64,000 nucleotides of DNA from an uncultured delta proteobacterium (GTDB lineage: Bacteria > Myxococcota_A > UBA9160 > UBA4427). Made by a program: the position numbers and the translations under genes. The stretch is from assembly GCA_963822965.1 (NCBI GenBank), contig CAWGJT010000010.1, forward strand, positions 1,056,001 through 1,120,000. The letters are read 5' to 3'. Shown in pieces: positions 51,556-62,906 of the stretch; positions within the stretch are counted from its first letter, which is position 1; every line of letters starts with the position of its first letter. The notes below the pieces were generated by a model. That model was not told the origin of the DNA, searched no databases, and saw nothing but the letters and a program-made list of their open reading frames with translations.

Positions 51556-53147
51556 GGGACGATCCGTGAGAAGAGCCCGCGCAGCAGGGCCACCGGCGAC
51601 TTCTGGCTCTCCACCGGCAGCAGGAAGAGCGAGGCCTCGTCGATCAGGGTGAGATTGTCCTGCAGCTCGTCCGGCGAGATGCGCTCGCCCTTGCGCAGGA
51701 GCGCCACGTGGAAGGTGCGTGCCCGGGGCAGCTGGGAGAGGACCTCGCACATCTCGGCCACCTGCCGGGCGGCCTCCGCGACCCGGCCGTTCAGCAGGAA
51801 GAGCGTGCCGAGCGCCCGGTGGCCGGCCAGCTGCCACAGGGGCATGAACGTCTCCGAGCGCGGCACGTGCACGAGCTCGATGCACACCCCGCCCTCGAGG
51901 GTGAGGGTGCCGATGGGGCCCAGGGTGTCCGGGCCCACCGCGCCCCGCTCGATGTCGGGGCTGAGCTGCGCGCCCGGCACGCCCCGCAGCAGGTTCGCGA
52001 AGTCCGGCAGCGCCGCCGGGTCCGAGGCGGCCACCAGCAGCTTGGCGGGGGGCAGCGGATCGCCCCCGGCACGGCCGTTCTCGCACCAGTCGCGCAGGCG
52101 CCGCACCTGGGCCTCGCTGAACAGCGGCGGCTCCTCGCCCCGCGCCGACGCGCTCGGCGCGATCGGGACGCGCCCCACCTCGATGATCTCACGGTCGGCC
52201 AGGGTCGCCAGGGTTCGCAGCACCTGGTAGTCGGGGAACGAGCAGTGATCGACCACCTCGCGCACGCTCGCGTACAGCTCGAGCAGGAGGAGCACCTCCT
52301 GGGTCAGGGGATGCACGATGTTCGGCAGCTCGCCGCTGCTGACCCGCATACGCACCCGCGAGTCGAGGGGCGGCAGCTTGGTGGAGAGCCGGTCCCATTC
52401 CTCGAGCTGACGCTGCCCTTCCTGGAGCAACACGCGGGTGGAGGTGGCAATGAAGGCCGGGTCGTCGATGGCTCCGGGCTCGAAGGCGAAGCGCCCCTGC
52501 CGGCAGCCCAGCAGCCGGAAGAGCGCCTTCTCGTTGCTCGCGGTGCCGCACTCCGCCTGCAGCACGTCGCCGTCCCGGAGGAGGACCACGCCCGACCCGG
52601 TCAGCCCCTCGTCGTCGCAATCGAGCCGCAGGCGACCGCTCGCGCGATTCACCTGGAAGAGCGAGAGGAGATCTCCGAGACGCACCAGCGCGAGGTCGCC
52701 GGCCACGGGCTGGCCGCTGGCCGCCGCCCGGTCGACCGCGTCCAGTCGATCCTGCCGCCCGATCAGATCCTCGATCGCGCGCACGATGGACTCGATGTCG
52801 GCACCGCCGGGCAGCTGCAGGTCGCCCGGGGCGCCGAAGCGATGCCGCTCGTCGGCGTCGCCCAGGAACAGGAAGCGCGAGCGCCGGGTTCGCGGGTTCG
52901 CGCGCAGGATCTCGGCCAGCTTCGGCGCGTCCACCAGGGGCAGGTCGAGCTGGGCGACCACCAGCCCGGGCCGCTCGCTCAGCGCCATCTCCAGGGCCGC
53001 CGCGCCGTGGGGACCCGTCCGGCACGGTACGCCCGCGCGCTCGCAGGCCGCGGCCAGCCGTTGCCCGCGGCCCGTGTTGCCGTCGGCGATCAGCACGAGC
53101 CGCTTCACGCCCTCGTCCTCGGCGGCACTGTGGCCGGGCTCGGCCAT
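51552..53147 (-). CDS. Pseudo-receiver + DUF4388 + degenerate small-GTPase-like domain protein
   Basis: REC-like N-terminus with [11 protein letters not shown]...L.DLL...SGRL...EKALFRLL...G.F.F (DUF4388); C-terminal IGTLTL...ELVHVP...F.PLW...ALGTLFL. Confidence 0.8.
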   Translation of the reverse strand: MAEPGHSAAEDEGVKRLVLIADGNTGRGQRLAAACERAGVPCRTGPHGAAALEMALSERPGLVVAQLDLPLVDAPKLAEILRANPRTRRSRFLFLGDADERHRFGAPGDLQLPGGADIESIVRAIEDLIGRQDRLDAVDRAAASGQPVAGDLALVRLGDLLSLFQVNRASGRLRLDCDDEGLTGSGVVLLRDGDVLQAECGTASNEKALFRLLGCRQGRFAFEPGAIDDPAFIATSTRVLLQEGQRQLEEWDRLSTKLPPLDSRVRMRVSSGELPNIVHPLTQEVLLLLELYASVREVVDHCSFPDYQVLRTLATLADREIIEVGRVPIAPSASARGEEPPLFSEAQVRRLRDWCENGRAGGDPLPPAKLLVAASDPAALPDFANLLRGVPGAQLSPDIERGAVGPDTLGPIGTLTLEGGVCIELVHVPRSETFMPLWQLAGHRALGTLFLLNGRVAEAARQVAEMCEVLSQLPRARTFHVALLRKGERISPDELQDNLTLIDEASLFLLPVESQKSPVALLRGLFSRIVP

Positions 53148-53150
53148 GCC

Positions 53151-55007
53151 TCAGGCCCCCAACGGGATGCCGAGATCCCGCTTCAGCTGGAACGCCAGAT
53201 GCTCGACGAGCGCCCGGTCGTTGGTGTGAAAGAGGGCCCGCTCGCCGTCCGGCGACGCCTTGGGGGCGGTCACCATCGCGTACACGGGCCCGTCGCCGTA
53301 GTAGAGCATGAAGGGCTCGTGGATGCCGGAGCGCTCGGGCGTGACCCACGTGACCGGATGCGAGCCCAGGGGCCGGTCCCGATCGGCCACCACCACCACC
53401 TCCACGTGGTCCACCGAGTTGGCGAGCATGGCCAGACCGTCTTCGACGATCGGGCCCAGGGACTCGCCGGGCGACATCACGAGCAGGCCGCGATCGCCCC
53501 GCCGGCGCATCACCTCGCTGATCAGGAAACGGCCCACCTGGAGGCCGAGGTCGGGGCTCTCGAGCTCCGCCTCGTCCAGCAGCGCCGCCAGCACCTCGCC
53601 GATGGGACGTCCAGCGAGGTCGAGGGAACGCAGCACGCTGAGGCGGTCCTCGGCGATGCGGCGCTCGAGCGTCCGGTCGAGGGCCTCGAGCTGGGTGCCG
53701 TCGGTCGGGTAGGTCGCCACGGCCAGGGTGAACTCGGCGCGATTGCGCCCGCCGAAGGCGTCGAGCACGCCGCTGGCGGCCACCGTCGCCTCGAGCCGCT
53801 GCTTGAGAATGGCGGCGCCGAGCGCGTCGGTCTCCGGCAGCAGCATGCTGTAGCGGCTGTCTCCGTCGGCCGCGAGCAGGTCGGTGGTGCGGAGCACGCT
53901 GCCCAGGCTGCGCACGAGGCTCTGCAGCCACGACTCCAGCCCGTTCTGCGAGGCCAGCTCGCGCAGGCCACCGAGGGCGCCGCAGTCCACCCGCACCACG
54001 GAGAACTGACGGCCGAAGCGGCTCGCCTTCTGGATCTCGTTGCGCACCACGTCGTCGAAGTAGGCGTGGCTGTAGGCCTTGGTGGCGGGATCGCGGAACG
54101 AGAGCCGTTCCAGGGAGCGGAAGCGCAGGGCGTTCGCCACGGCGCTGGCCCCGAAGCCCACGAACTTCTCGGCGGTGGCGCGGTCGGCGTCGCTGAAGTC
54201 GTCGGCGTCGATCTTGTCCGAAAGGCGCGCGATGCCCAGCAGCTTGCCGCCGTTGAGCAGCGGCAGGTAGAGCGAGCCCCCGCCCGGCACCTCGGCGCCG
54301 CCCGACACCGACCGGCGCGGACGGGTCACCGAACGCCCCTCGTCCACCAGGGGGCCGAACTCGGTGCCGAGCCGCTCCACGACCAGCTCGCGCGGCTCCT
54401 CGTCGACGCGGATGAGCCCGCGCAGCCCGACCAGCCGCAGGCGGGTTCCACCCAGCTCGTCGGCCACCCACAGCACGCCGCCCTGGGCGCGCGTCTCGAG
54501 GCAGAGCCCCTCCACGATGCGCTCGGCGAGGGGCTCCAGCGCCAGCGTGGAGAAGAGCCCCGCCGCGCGCTCGTACAGCGAGAGCACGCCCATGTACTCG
54601 AGGTTCTCGGCCATCAGGCGGGCGTGCTCGTCGTGCAGCCGCCGCCGCTTCAGGATCTTCTCCAGGGACGCCGCCAGCCCCTTGCGGTCGAAGGGCTTCA
54701 GGATGTAGTCGGTCGCGCCCTGCTTCATGGCGGCGACGGCGGTCTTCACGTCGACCACGCCCGTCACCATGACGATCTCCTGGTCGGCGCGCCGTTCCTT
54801 GATGCGCTGGACCAGCTGGGTGCCGTCGATGCCCGGCATCACCAGGTCGGTGACGATGATGTCGAAGTCCTCGCGCTCGAGGACGTGGAGGGCCTCCTCG
54901 CCGCTCGAGGCGGTGACCACCTCGTAGCCCTCGTCGGTGAGCAGCCCTTCGATCAGCTCGCGGAAGTACCGCTGATCGTCGACGGCGAGCACACGGGCTT
55001 TCGGCAT
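53151..55007 (-). CDS. Response regulator with GAF and degenerate GGDEF domains
   Basis: Intact REC (VDD, TDLVMP, KPF); GAF; RDPAT...[14 protein letters not shown]. Confidence 0.87.
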   Translation of the reverse strand: MPKARVLAVDDQRYFRELIEGLLTDEGYEVVTASSGEEALHVLEREDFDIIVTDLVMPGIDGTQLVQRIKERRADQEIVMVTGVVDVKTAVAAMKQGATDYILKPFDRKGLAASLEKILKRRRLHDEHARLMAENLEYMGVLSLYERAAGLFSTLALEPLAERIVEGLCLETRAQGGVLWVADELGGTRLRLVGLRGLIRVDEEPRELVVERLGTEFGPLVDEGRSVTRPRRSVSGGAEVPGGGSLYLPLLNGGKLLGIARLSDKIDADDFSDADRATAEKFVGFGASAVANALRFRSLERLSFRDPATKAYSHAYFDDVVRNEIQKASRFGRQFSVVRVDCGALGGLRELASQNGLESWLQSLVRSLGSVLRTTDLLAADGDSRYSMLLPETDALGAAILKQRLEATVAASGVLDAFGGRNRAEFTLAVATYPTDGTQLEALDRTLERRIAEDRLSVLRSLDLAGRPIGEVLAALLDEAELESPDLGLQVGRFLISEVMRRRGDRGLLVMSPGESLGPIVEDGLAMLANSVDHVEVVVVADRDRPLGSHPVTWVTPERSGIHEPFMLYYGDGPVYAMVTAPKASPDGERALFHTNDRALVEHLAFQLKRDLGIPLGA

Positions 55008-55067
55008 CGGGTCCTCTCTGACTCGCGCGGATCCGTCCAGACGGGATCCGAAGCGCCGGGTCAGGGC

Positions 55068-56580
55068 TCAGAGGACCCGCAGGCGGTCGTCTCCCCGGGC
55101 TCCGAACGCGGCGCCGCGCCCCCTCTCTTCGGCGATCCGGCTCGGTTGCTTCACCGTTCGTGCGGAGAAATCGTTCGCAGCACCGCCGGTTGGGACTGCC
55201 AGCAGCGAGTGGGGGGTGGCCTCCACGATCTCCACCTCCAGTAGCGTCGCCGGGGGCTGCCGCGGTCTCCACGTTCACCACCCGGTGGTAGGGGTCGCGG
55301 CCGCAGAGCTGCCCGGCTCCCTTCCGGCTCGCCCCCTCGAGCAGTATTCGTGTACGCGTTCCGACCCGACTGCGATGGTGGGCCAGGGTGAGCTCGCGCT
55401 GCAGCGCCTGCAGGGTCTCCAGGCGATCCTGGGCCTCCGCGGCGTCCACGGCGCCTTCGAGCGAGGCGGCCTGGGTTCCCGGTCGCGGCGAGTACTTGAA
55501 GCTGAAGCTGTCGACGAAGCCGACCTCGCGCACCAGCCGACAGGGTCTGCTCGAAGTCCGCGCGCGTCTCGCCCGGGAAGCCCACGATGAGGTCGGTCGT
55601 GATGGCGATGTCGGGACGCGCTGGCCGCGCAGGCGCTCGGCGATCTCGAGGTAGGCCTCCCGCGTGTAGCGCCGGCGCATGCGCTCCAGCACCGCCGACG
55701 GAGCCGCTCTGCAGGGGGAGGTGCACGTGGGGGCAGAGGCTCTCGAGCTCGCCGTGGGCCGCCACCAGCGCGTCGTCGAAGAAGAGCGGGTGGGGGCTCG
55801 TGTAGCGGATGCGCTCGATGCCGGGGACGGCGTCGAGGCGCCGCAGCAGCTCGGCGAAGGCCACCGTGCCCGTTCGCTCGGCCCTGGCCCCGGCGCAGGT
55901 CGTGACGGCCGTAGGCGTTGACGGTCTGGCCCGAGCAGCGTGATCTCGCGGACGCCGCGCGCCGCCAGGTCGCGCACCTCGGCGACGATCGCCTCCGCCG
56001 GCCGGCTGATCTCGCGCCCGCGCGTGAGGGGCACGATGCAGAAGCTGCAGAACATGTCGCAGCCCTCCATCACCGTGACGAAGGCGCACGGCGCCGCGGC
56101 GTGCCGGCTGCCCGCCCGGCGAAAGCGGCGTGGCGCTCGGGCAGGTCGAAGCGCTCCAGGGAGCGCGACTCGTCGGTGCGCGCCGAGCGCTGGCCCGCAG
56201 AGCGGCCGCGTCGGCCATGGCCGGCACCCAGCGCAGGTTGTGGGTGCCGAAGACGAAGTCGAGCTGCGAGAAGCGCGCCAGCAGCCGGTCGCCCACCTGC
56301 TGCGCGACGCAGCCCCCGACGCCGAGCACGCGCCCCGCGCGCGCCCGCCTTCCACTCGCGAAGCCGTCCGAGATCGCTGTAGAGCTGGTGCTCGGCCTTG
56401 TCGCGGATCGAGCAGGTGTTGATCACGAGCAGGTCGGCGTCGTCGGCCTCGGCGGTCTCGCGCAGCCCCGCGTGCAGCAGCAGATTCGAGAGCTTCTCGC
56501 TGTCGTGCACGTTCATCTGACAGCCGTAGGTCACGACCTTGAAACGCCGTTCCCCGCCGGCTGCCTGCTGCTCGTCGCCC
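55068..56580 (-). CDS. miaB: tRNA 2-methylthio-N6-isopentenyladenosine synthase (apparent frameshifts; start approximate)
   Basis: [67 protein letters not shown] domain. Confidence 0.93.
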
Positions 56581-56746
56581 AGCCCGCGTCTCCTCGAAGG
56601 CGCCCAACCCTACCGGATGGGCTGGATGCTGTCAGAGCCCCGCCGGGCTCCCCCGGAGTTGCCGATGGCCGACAGAAAGACGACCTGCAAGCAGCTGGAA
56701 TCAAACAGGAAAACAGGAACTCAGAACAGCGTTGCACGATTTGGGT

Positions 56747-56774
56747 TTGACAAACCGTGGCGCGCCAGCATAAT
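56747..56774 (+). promoter_or_regulatory. Sigma70-type promoter with no downstream CDS
   Basis: TTGACA (56747-56752), 16 nt, CATAAT (56769-56774). Confidence 0.65.
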
Positions 56775-56779
56775 GCCTC

Positions 56780-56931
56780 AACTGCACTTCAGCAGGAGAT
56801 TTCGACAGTTCCGGAGTGGCGGTGGATTGGTCATTTCTCACGAAATGTCCAACCTCTCACCCCCCAAAATGAGTCCACCGCCCTCCCCTGTGGAACGCCC
56901 CGCCTGGTCAACCGGCGGGGCGTTTTTCGTT
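56780..56931 (+). ncRNA. Candidate structured small RNA, family not recognised
   Basis: Bounded by promoter and U-tailed terminator; three-way-junction fold; no credible ORF. Confidence 0.6.
56894..56931 (+). terminator. Rho-independent terminator
   Basis: AACGCCCCGCC-TGGTCAACC-GGCGGGGCGTT followed by TTTCGTT. Confidence 0.88.
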
Positions 56932-57033
56932 GGGGCGCCGTGCCCCGCGGCGAGCACCGCCTGCGGCGGCTCCGCGCCCGCCCGGGTCGGGACGGCCCCG
57001 GGGACCCGGCAGGGAGCACCCCGCAGGCGCGGA

Positions 57034-58455
57034 TCAGAGGACGATCTGGTCGACGACCTTCGCGAGCTGTCGCAGGTTGCGGCACTCCTCGACGACGTCG
57101 CAGTACGGCAGGTAGCGATCCATCACGCTGTCGCCGAAGCCCCAGGCCAGGGGCTCTCGGGGTTCAGCCAGACCACGTTCTTGGCCTTGTTGTGGATGTC
57201 GCGCAGGCACCAGGCCCGGGGGTCGTTGTAGTTGTTGCGGGCGTCGCCCAGGATCAGCACGGTCGTGCTGTTGTCGATCGCCGACAGGTGGTTCTTCCAG
57301 AACTCGTGGAACGCGAAGCCGAAGTTCGAGCGGGTGTAGACGTTGATCACGTCGCCGCCGTCGAGGGCCTTCTCGATCGCGCTGTTGACGTCCTTCTCCT
57401 TGAAGAGCGGCGTCACCTCGCCGAGCTCCGCGACGAAGACGTAGGAGCGGATCTTCGTGAACGCTTCCTGCAGGCTGTACATGAACTGCAGCATGAAGCG
57501 CGAGACGTTGGCCACCGAGGACGAGACGTCGCAGAGGATGACGAGCTTCGGCCGATCCTTGCGGCGCTGCTTGTAGACCACCTCGAAGGGGATGCCCCCG
57601 CGCGCCATGTTGCGGCGCAGGGTCTGGTGCAGGTCGAGCTTGCCGTGCTTCAGGCGCTTGCGCCGGATCGAGAGCACGTTCTTGATGCGCTGCGCCAGCC
57701 GGGTCACCACCTCGCGCATGCGCGCGATCTCGTCCTCGGTGAGGTGGTAGAAGCTCTTCTCGGTGAGCATCTCGCGGCGGAACTTCTCCATGTAGTCGTG
57801 GTTCTGGTTCTGCAGCTCGCGCTCGGTGAAGTTCCGCACCACCTTCGCGGAGCGTCTCCATCAGCTTGCCGATCAGGTTGCGCAGCTGCTCGACCTGCTC
57901 CGGCGAGAGGCCGGCGTCCGCCAGGCGCTGGGCGAGGTCCTCGAGCTCTTCGCCGGCTCCCTCGGCGCCCAGCTCCTCCATGGTGCGGCGGCTGAAGAAG
58001 CCCACCTGCAGCATGTTCTCGATGCGCTGGGTGCCCGGCCTGCTCGGCGGCCTCGCGGATCAGGTTCTCGAGGGTGGAGAGGTCCTGGGTGAGCAGCGCC
58101 TTGGCGAGCTCGGAGAGGTCGGCGTCGCCGTCCATCTGCCCGAGCAGCTCGGCGAGCTGCCGCAGCAGCTCTTCGAGGTCGACGCCCTGCTCGCCCATCT
58201 GGCCGGCCATGTCGCCGAAGGCTTCGCGCAGGTTGTCGTAGAAGCCCGACCAGAAGAGGTCGAAGAGCTCGTCGTAGGTGGGGATCTCGTCGCCGCGCTT
58301 GATCATGGACGCGCGCAGGGCGTCCTTGAACAGCTCGCGGTCGTCGAAGGAGAGCTCGTCGAGCGCCTTGAAGGCGTCGATGGCCTCCGACACCGAGACC
58401 CGAACCCCGCTCTTCCGGAGCAGGTTCGTGAACTCGATGATCTTCTGCCTGCCAT
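57034..58455 (-). CDS. CoxE-like VWA domain protein (apparent frameshifts)
   Basis: FTNLLRKSGVRVS, LDLHQTLR, LVILCDVSSSV, LILGDARNNY, WLNPE, ECRNLRQL. Confidence 0.88.
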
Positions 58456-58457
58456 GC

Positions 58458-59442
58458 TCAGTGGAGGATCCCCTTCTTCTGCGGCGGCCGGAGCGGACCT
58501 GGCGGCTTCTCGGCGGCCGCCTCGCGCGGTCTTCTTCTCGAGCAGCTTCGCCAGCTCGTTCTGGGCCTTCTTCACGTCGCCCTCGTACTTCAGGATGACG
58601 TTCAGCGTATCGTTCACGAGCTCGTCGTCGAGCTCGTTGGCGTTCAGCGCCAGCAGCGCCCGCGCCCAGTCGAGGGTCTCGCTGATGGACGGGGTCTTCT
58701 TCAGGTCGAGCTCGCGGATGCGACTGCATCACGGCGACCACTTCCTCGGCGAGGCGGTCGTCGATGCCCGGCACCTTGCGTCTCGAGGATGCGCACCTCG
58801 AGCTCGTCGCTCGGGATAGTCGATCCACAGGTGCAGGCAGCGCCGCTTGAGCGCGTCGCTCATCTCGCGCGCGTCGTTCGAGGTGAGGAAGACGAGCGGC
58901 TGGGTCTTGGCCTTGAGGGTGCCGATCTCGGGCACCGTCACCTGGAAGTCCGAGAGCACCTCGAGCAGGAAGGCCTCGAACTCCGGGTCCGACTTGTCCA
59001 CCTCGTCGATCAGCAGCATCACCGGCTCTTCGGCGGTGATCGCCTGCATGAGCGGGCGCGGCACGATGAACCGCTCCGAGAAGAAGACCGAGTCCTCGGC
59101 GCCGATCTGCTCGGCGGCCTCGCGCAGGTTGGTGGCCCCCTCGATGGTCTCGGCGACCTTGTCCTTGAGGATCTGCGTGTAGAGGAGCTGCTTCGAGTAC
59201 TCCCACTCGTAGAGCGCCTTGGCCTCGTCGAGGCCCTCGTAGCACTGCAGGCGGATGAGGTCGCCGGCCGAGGGCCGCGGCCACCACCTTGGCGAGCTCG
59301 GTCTTGCCGACGCCGGCGGGCCCTTCGATCAGCACCGGCTTGCCGAGCTTGTTGGCGAGGAACACCACGGTCCGATGCGCTTGTCGCAGATGTAGCCCTG
59401 CTTCTCCAGCTGCGAAACGACGTGGTCTACGGATTCGAACAT
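58458..59442 (-). CDS. MoxR/CoxD-like AAA+ ATPase (apparent frameshifts)
   Basis: LIEGPAGVGKTELAK, LLIDEVDKSD.EFEAFLLEVLSDFQVTVPE, SDALKRRC. Confidence 0.9.
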
Positions 59443-59543
59443 CAACGGCTCCCTGGTGAATGCTCGCGGTGTGCCCGCGTACGGCGGTGCGGGCCCGGCC
59501 CGCGTGCGCGCTCGGCCACTCCGGGCCATCGGCGCGGCTCGCT

Positions 59544-60824
59544 TCAGCCCATCAGATGAAGGACGTGGCCGAGCTTCTCCTTCTTGGTGCGGAGGTACTC
59601 GAGGTTGTTGGCGTTGGGCTCGATCTCGAGCGGAACCCGCTCGACGATGCGCAGCCCGTAGCCTTCGATGCCGGCCCGCTTGCCCGGGTTGTTCGTGATC
59701 ATGCGCAGCTGGCGCACGCCGAGGTCCACCAGGATCTGCGCGCCGACGCCGTAGTCCCGCAGGTCGGCCGCGAAGCCGAGCCGGTGGTTCGCCTCGACCG
59801 TGTCGAGGCCCTCGGTGTCCTGGAGCGCGTAGGCCTTGATCTTGTTCTTGAGCCCGATGCCCCGGCCCTCCTGCCGCATGTAGAGCAGGATGCCCGAGCC
59901 CTCGGCGGCGATCATGCGCAGGGCCGCGTCGAGCTGCTCGCCGCAGTCGCAGCGCAGGGAGCCGAAGGCGTCGCCGGTGAGGCACTCGCTGTGCACCCGC
60001 ACCAGGGTCGGGCTTGTCCGGATCGATCTCGCCCGCCACCAGCGCCATGTGGTCGACGTGGTCGATCTCGTTCTCGTAGACGATGCACTGGAACTCGCCG
60101 GCCACGGTGGGCATGCGGGCGGTCGCGGCGCGTCGCACCAGCGTCTCGTTGCGCAGGCGGTACTGGATCAGGTCGCGGATGGTCACGATCTTGAGATCGT
60201 GCTTCTTCGCGTACGTCGGCCAGGTCGGCCAGGCGCGCCATGGTGCCGTCGTCGTTCATGATCTCGCAGATGACCCCGGCGGGCTCGGAAGCCCGCGAGG
60301 CGCGCGAGATCGACGGAGCCCTCGGTCTGGCCGACGCGCCGCAGCACGCCGCCCGGTCGCGCGCGCAGCGGGAAGACGTGTCCGGGGCGCACGATGTCGT
60401 GGGGGCGCACGTCGTCGCGAATCGCCACCTGGATGGTGTGGGCGCGGTCCGCCGCCGAGATGCCCGTGGTCACGCCTTCGCGCGCCTCGATCGAGACCGT
60501 GAAGGCGGTGCCGAAGGTCGCGGTGTTCTCGTGGTCGGGCACCATCATGCGACAGATGGAGCTTGGCCATCTGCTCCTCTTCCATGCGCCAGGCAGATCA
60601 GGCCGCGCCCGTAGGTCGCCATGAAGTTGATGGCCTCGGGCGTCACCGCCTCGGCCGCCATGCACAGGTCGCCCTCGTTCTCCCGGTCCTCGTCGTCGAC
60701 CAGGATCACCATCTTGCCGGCGCGGATGTCGGCGATCGCGTCCTCGATGCTGCTGAGGACGGAGCTCCGCTTGCATGGGCACGACCGGTGTCGCGTCGGA
60801 ACGGGGTTTCTGCGGCGCTGCCAT
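59544..60824 (-). CDS. ribBA: Bifunctional DHBP synthase / GTP cyclohydrolase II (apparent frameshifts)
   Basis: [60 protein letters not shown]. Confidence 0.94.
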
Positions 60825-60959
60825 TCGCTTTGCTTCTCCCGAGAGGCCCCGTCCGGACCGCAGGATGCAGTTCCGGCGGGTCCACGTCCTGGGACCGGGC
60901 GGGCAGCGGGGCTGCGGGCTTCGAAGCTCCGGCCTACCCCTTGGGGTGGGCGCTCGGGC

Positions 60960-60988
60960 AAGCTATCAGTCGTTGACTGGGGTGTCAA
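60960..60988 (-). promoter_or_regulatory. Putative sigma70 promoter for ribBA
   Basis: TTGACA-17 nt-TAGCTT on the minus strand. Confidence 0.65.
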
Positions 60989-61058
60989 TTAGAGCACAGG
61001 CGGCTCTGGAGCGGCACCGGGAGCGCGTGTCAGGACGACCCGGCGGCATCGACGCGCC

Positions 61059-61735
61059 TCAGCCGCGGGCGCGGGCCACGGGCCGGAAGTTCTTCAGGAC
61101 GCCCTTCAGGAAGTCCTCCTCGGAGACCCCGAACTTGGCCTCGAAGTCGTGCTTGCTCGTCGAGGCTCCGGTAGAGCCCGCGCATCAGCTCGCGGAAGGT
61201 CTCGAGCACGCCCTCGCCCCGGAGTCGCGACGGCCGGATAGGTCGGAATGTCGCCCCACTGCTCCTTGATCTCGCTGAGAGCGGCTTCACGTCCGGACAG
61301 TCGCGCTTGTTGAACTGCACCACCTTCGGAAGCGCGTCGAAGTCGATGCCGTGGGACTTGAGGTTCGCCTCCATGTCGCGCCAGGAGTAGGCGTTGGCGC
61401 TGGCGGACGAACGCTGGGAGTCGGCGACGAAGCAGATCGCGTCGGCGCCGGCGAGCACCACCTTGCGGGTCGACTTGTGCATCACCTGGCCCGGGCACGG
61501 TGAAGAGCTTCATCTTGACCGAGAAGCCCGCCCGCCGTGTCGAACTCGATCGGCAGGAAGTCGAAGTAGAGCGTGCGGTCGTCCTTGGTGTCGAGGGTCA
61601 CCATCTGGCTCGCGGGAGGCCGGATCCATCAGCTCGTGGAGCTGCTGCAGGTTGGTCGTCTTGCCCGACAGGGCGGGACCGTAGTAGACCACCTTCATGG
61701 TGATCTCCTTGCGTCGCCATGTTGATCTGCACCAT
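61059..61735 (-). CDS. MglA-family small GTPase (apparent frameshifts)
   Basis: [53 protein letters not shown], pieced together across frames. Confidence 0.88.
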
Positions 61736-61888
61736 CGGTCCGGCTCCCGCGTCTCCGCCGCGACGCCCCCGGGAATCGGCAGGGAGCGCGGACGGAAACG
61801 GCCACCCGGTTTGATCGGCAGGACGGCCCGCGAACATGAAGCCCAAGAAGCCGGACCCGGCGGGCGGCCCCCGGCGACGGACCCGTTA

Positions 61889-62906
61889 TCAGGCTCGATC
61901 TCGAAAGCTTCCAGCAGGGCGCGAGCGGCGCGCGGCGGGGGTCGTCTTCGAGCGCCTCCACGTCCCGCTCGAGGCGCCCCGATGCGCTCGCGCACGGCCG
62001 GATGGCCGCGGAAGGCCCGCCGGAGGCCCTCCTCGACCAGAGCTCCACATCCAGTCCCGGGCCTGGCGCCGGCGCCGCTGCTGGAGCGACCCGTCCGCCT
62101 GGCACAGGGCCCGGTGCTCCTCGATCGGTCTGCCAGACCTCGGGGATCCCGGCGCCGGTGCGGGCGCTGGCCGTCAGCACGCGCGGCCTCCAGCCGCGGG
62201 CGCGGGCGCAGCAGCTCCAGGGCGCTCGCGTAGCTCGATGCGGGTGCGCTCGGCGATGCGCCAGGGTGTCGCCGTCGGCCTTGTTCACGACCACCGCGTC
62301 CGCGAGCTCGATCACGCCCTTCTTGATGCCCTGGAGCTCGTCGCCGCCCCCGGGCGCGAGGAGCACGAGGAAGAAGTCGACCATGGAGGCCACCGTCACC
62401 TCGGACTGCCCGATGCCCACGGTCTCGACCAGCACGACGTCGTAGCCCGCCGCCTCGCAGAGCAGCATCGCCTCGCGGGTGCGCTGGGCGACGCCGCCCA
62501 GCGAGCCGCCCGAGGGCGACGGCCGGATGAAGGCCTCGTCGCCGCCGGGAGAGCCGCTCCATGCGGGTCTTGTCGCCGAGGATGCTGCCGCCGGTGACCG
62601 GGCTGCTCGGGTCGACGGCCAGCACCGCCACCCGATGCCCCTGCTCGACGCAGGTCAGGCCCGAGGGCCTCGATGAAGGTGCTCTTGCCGACGCCCGGGC
62701 GGACCGGTGATGCCGACCCGGATGGCGCCGCCGCGTGTCGGGCACCAGCGCGTCGAGCAGCGCGCTGCGCGAAGGCCGCGATCGTCCTCGCGCGTGCTCT
62801 CGAGCAGGGTGATCGCGCGGGCCATGGCCCGACGATCGCCGCGCCCGGATCGCGTCGCCGCCACTCGCGCGGCGGCCGCTCCGGGGAGAGCGGCGCGCCG
62901 GCTCAT
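61889..62906 (-). CDS. meaB: Methylmalonyl-CoA mutase-associated GTPase (apparent frameshifts; end approximate)
   Basis: [53 protein letters not shown]. Confidence 0.92.

Noticed and set aside
52189..56607. 1472-aa ORF as one giant protein
   Set aside because: Chimera of miaB fragments and off-frame readings of the response-regulator genes.
57034..59442. CO dehydrogenase (cox) cluster
   Set aside because: Only the generic MoxR/VWA pair is present; no coxLMS genes.
60825..60955. FMN riboswitch upstream of ribBA
   Set aside because: A ~130-nt leader exists, but I cannot find the conserved RFN motifs.
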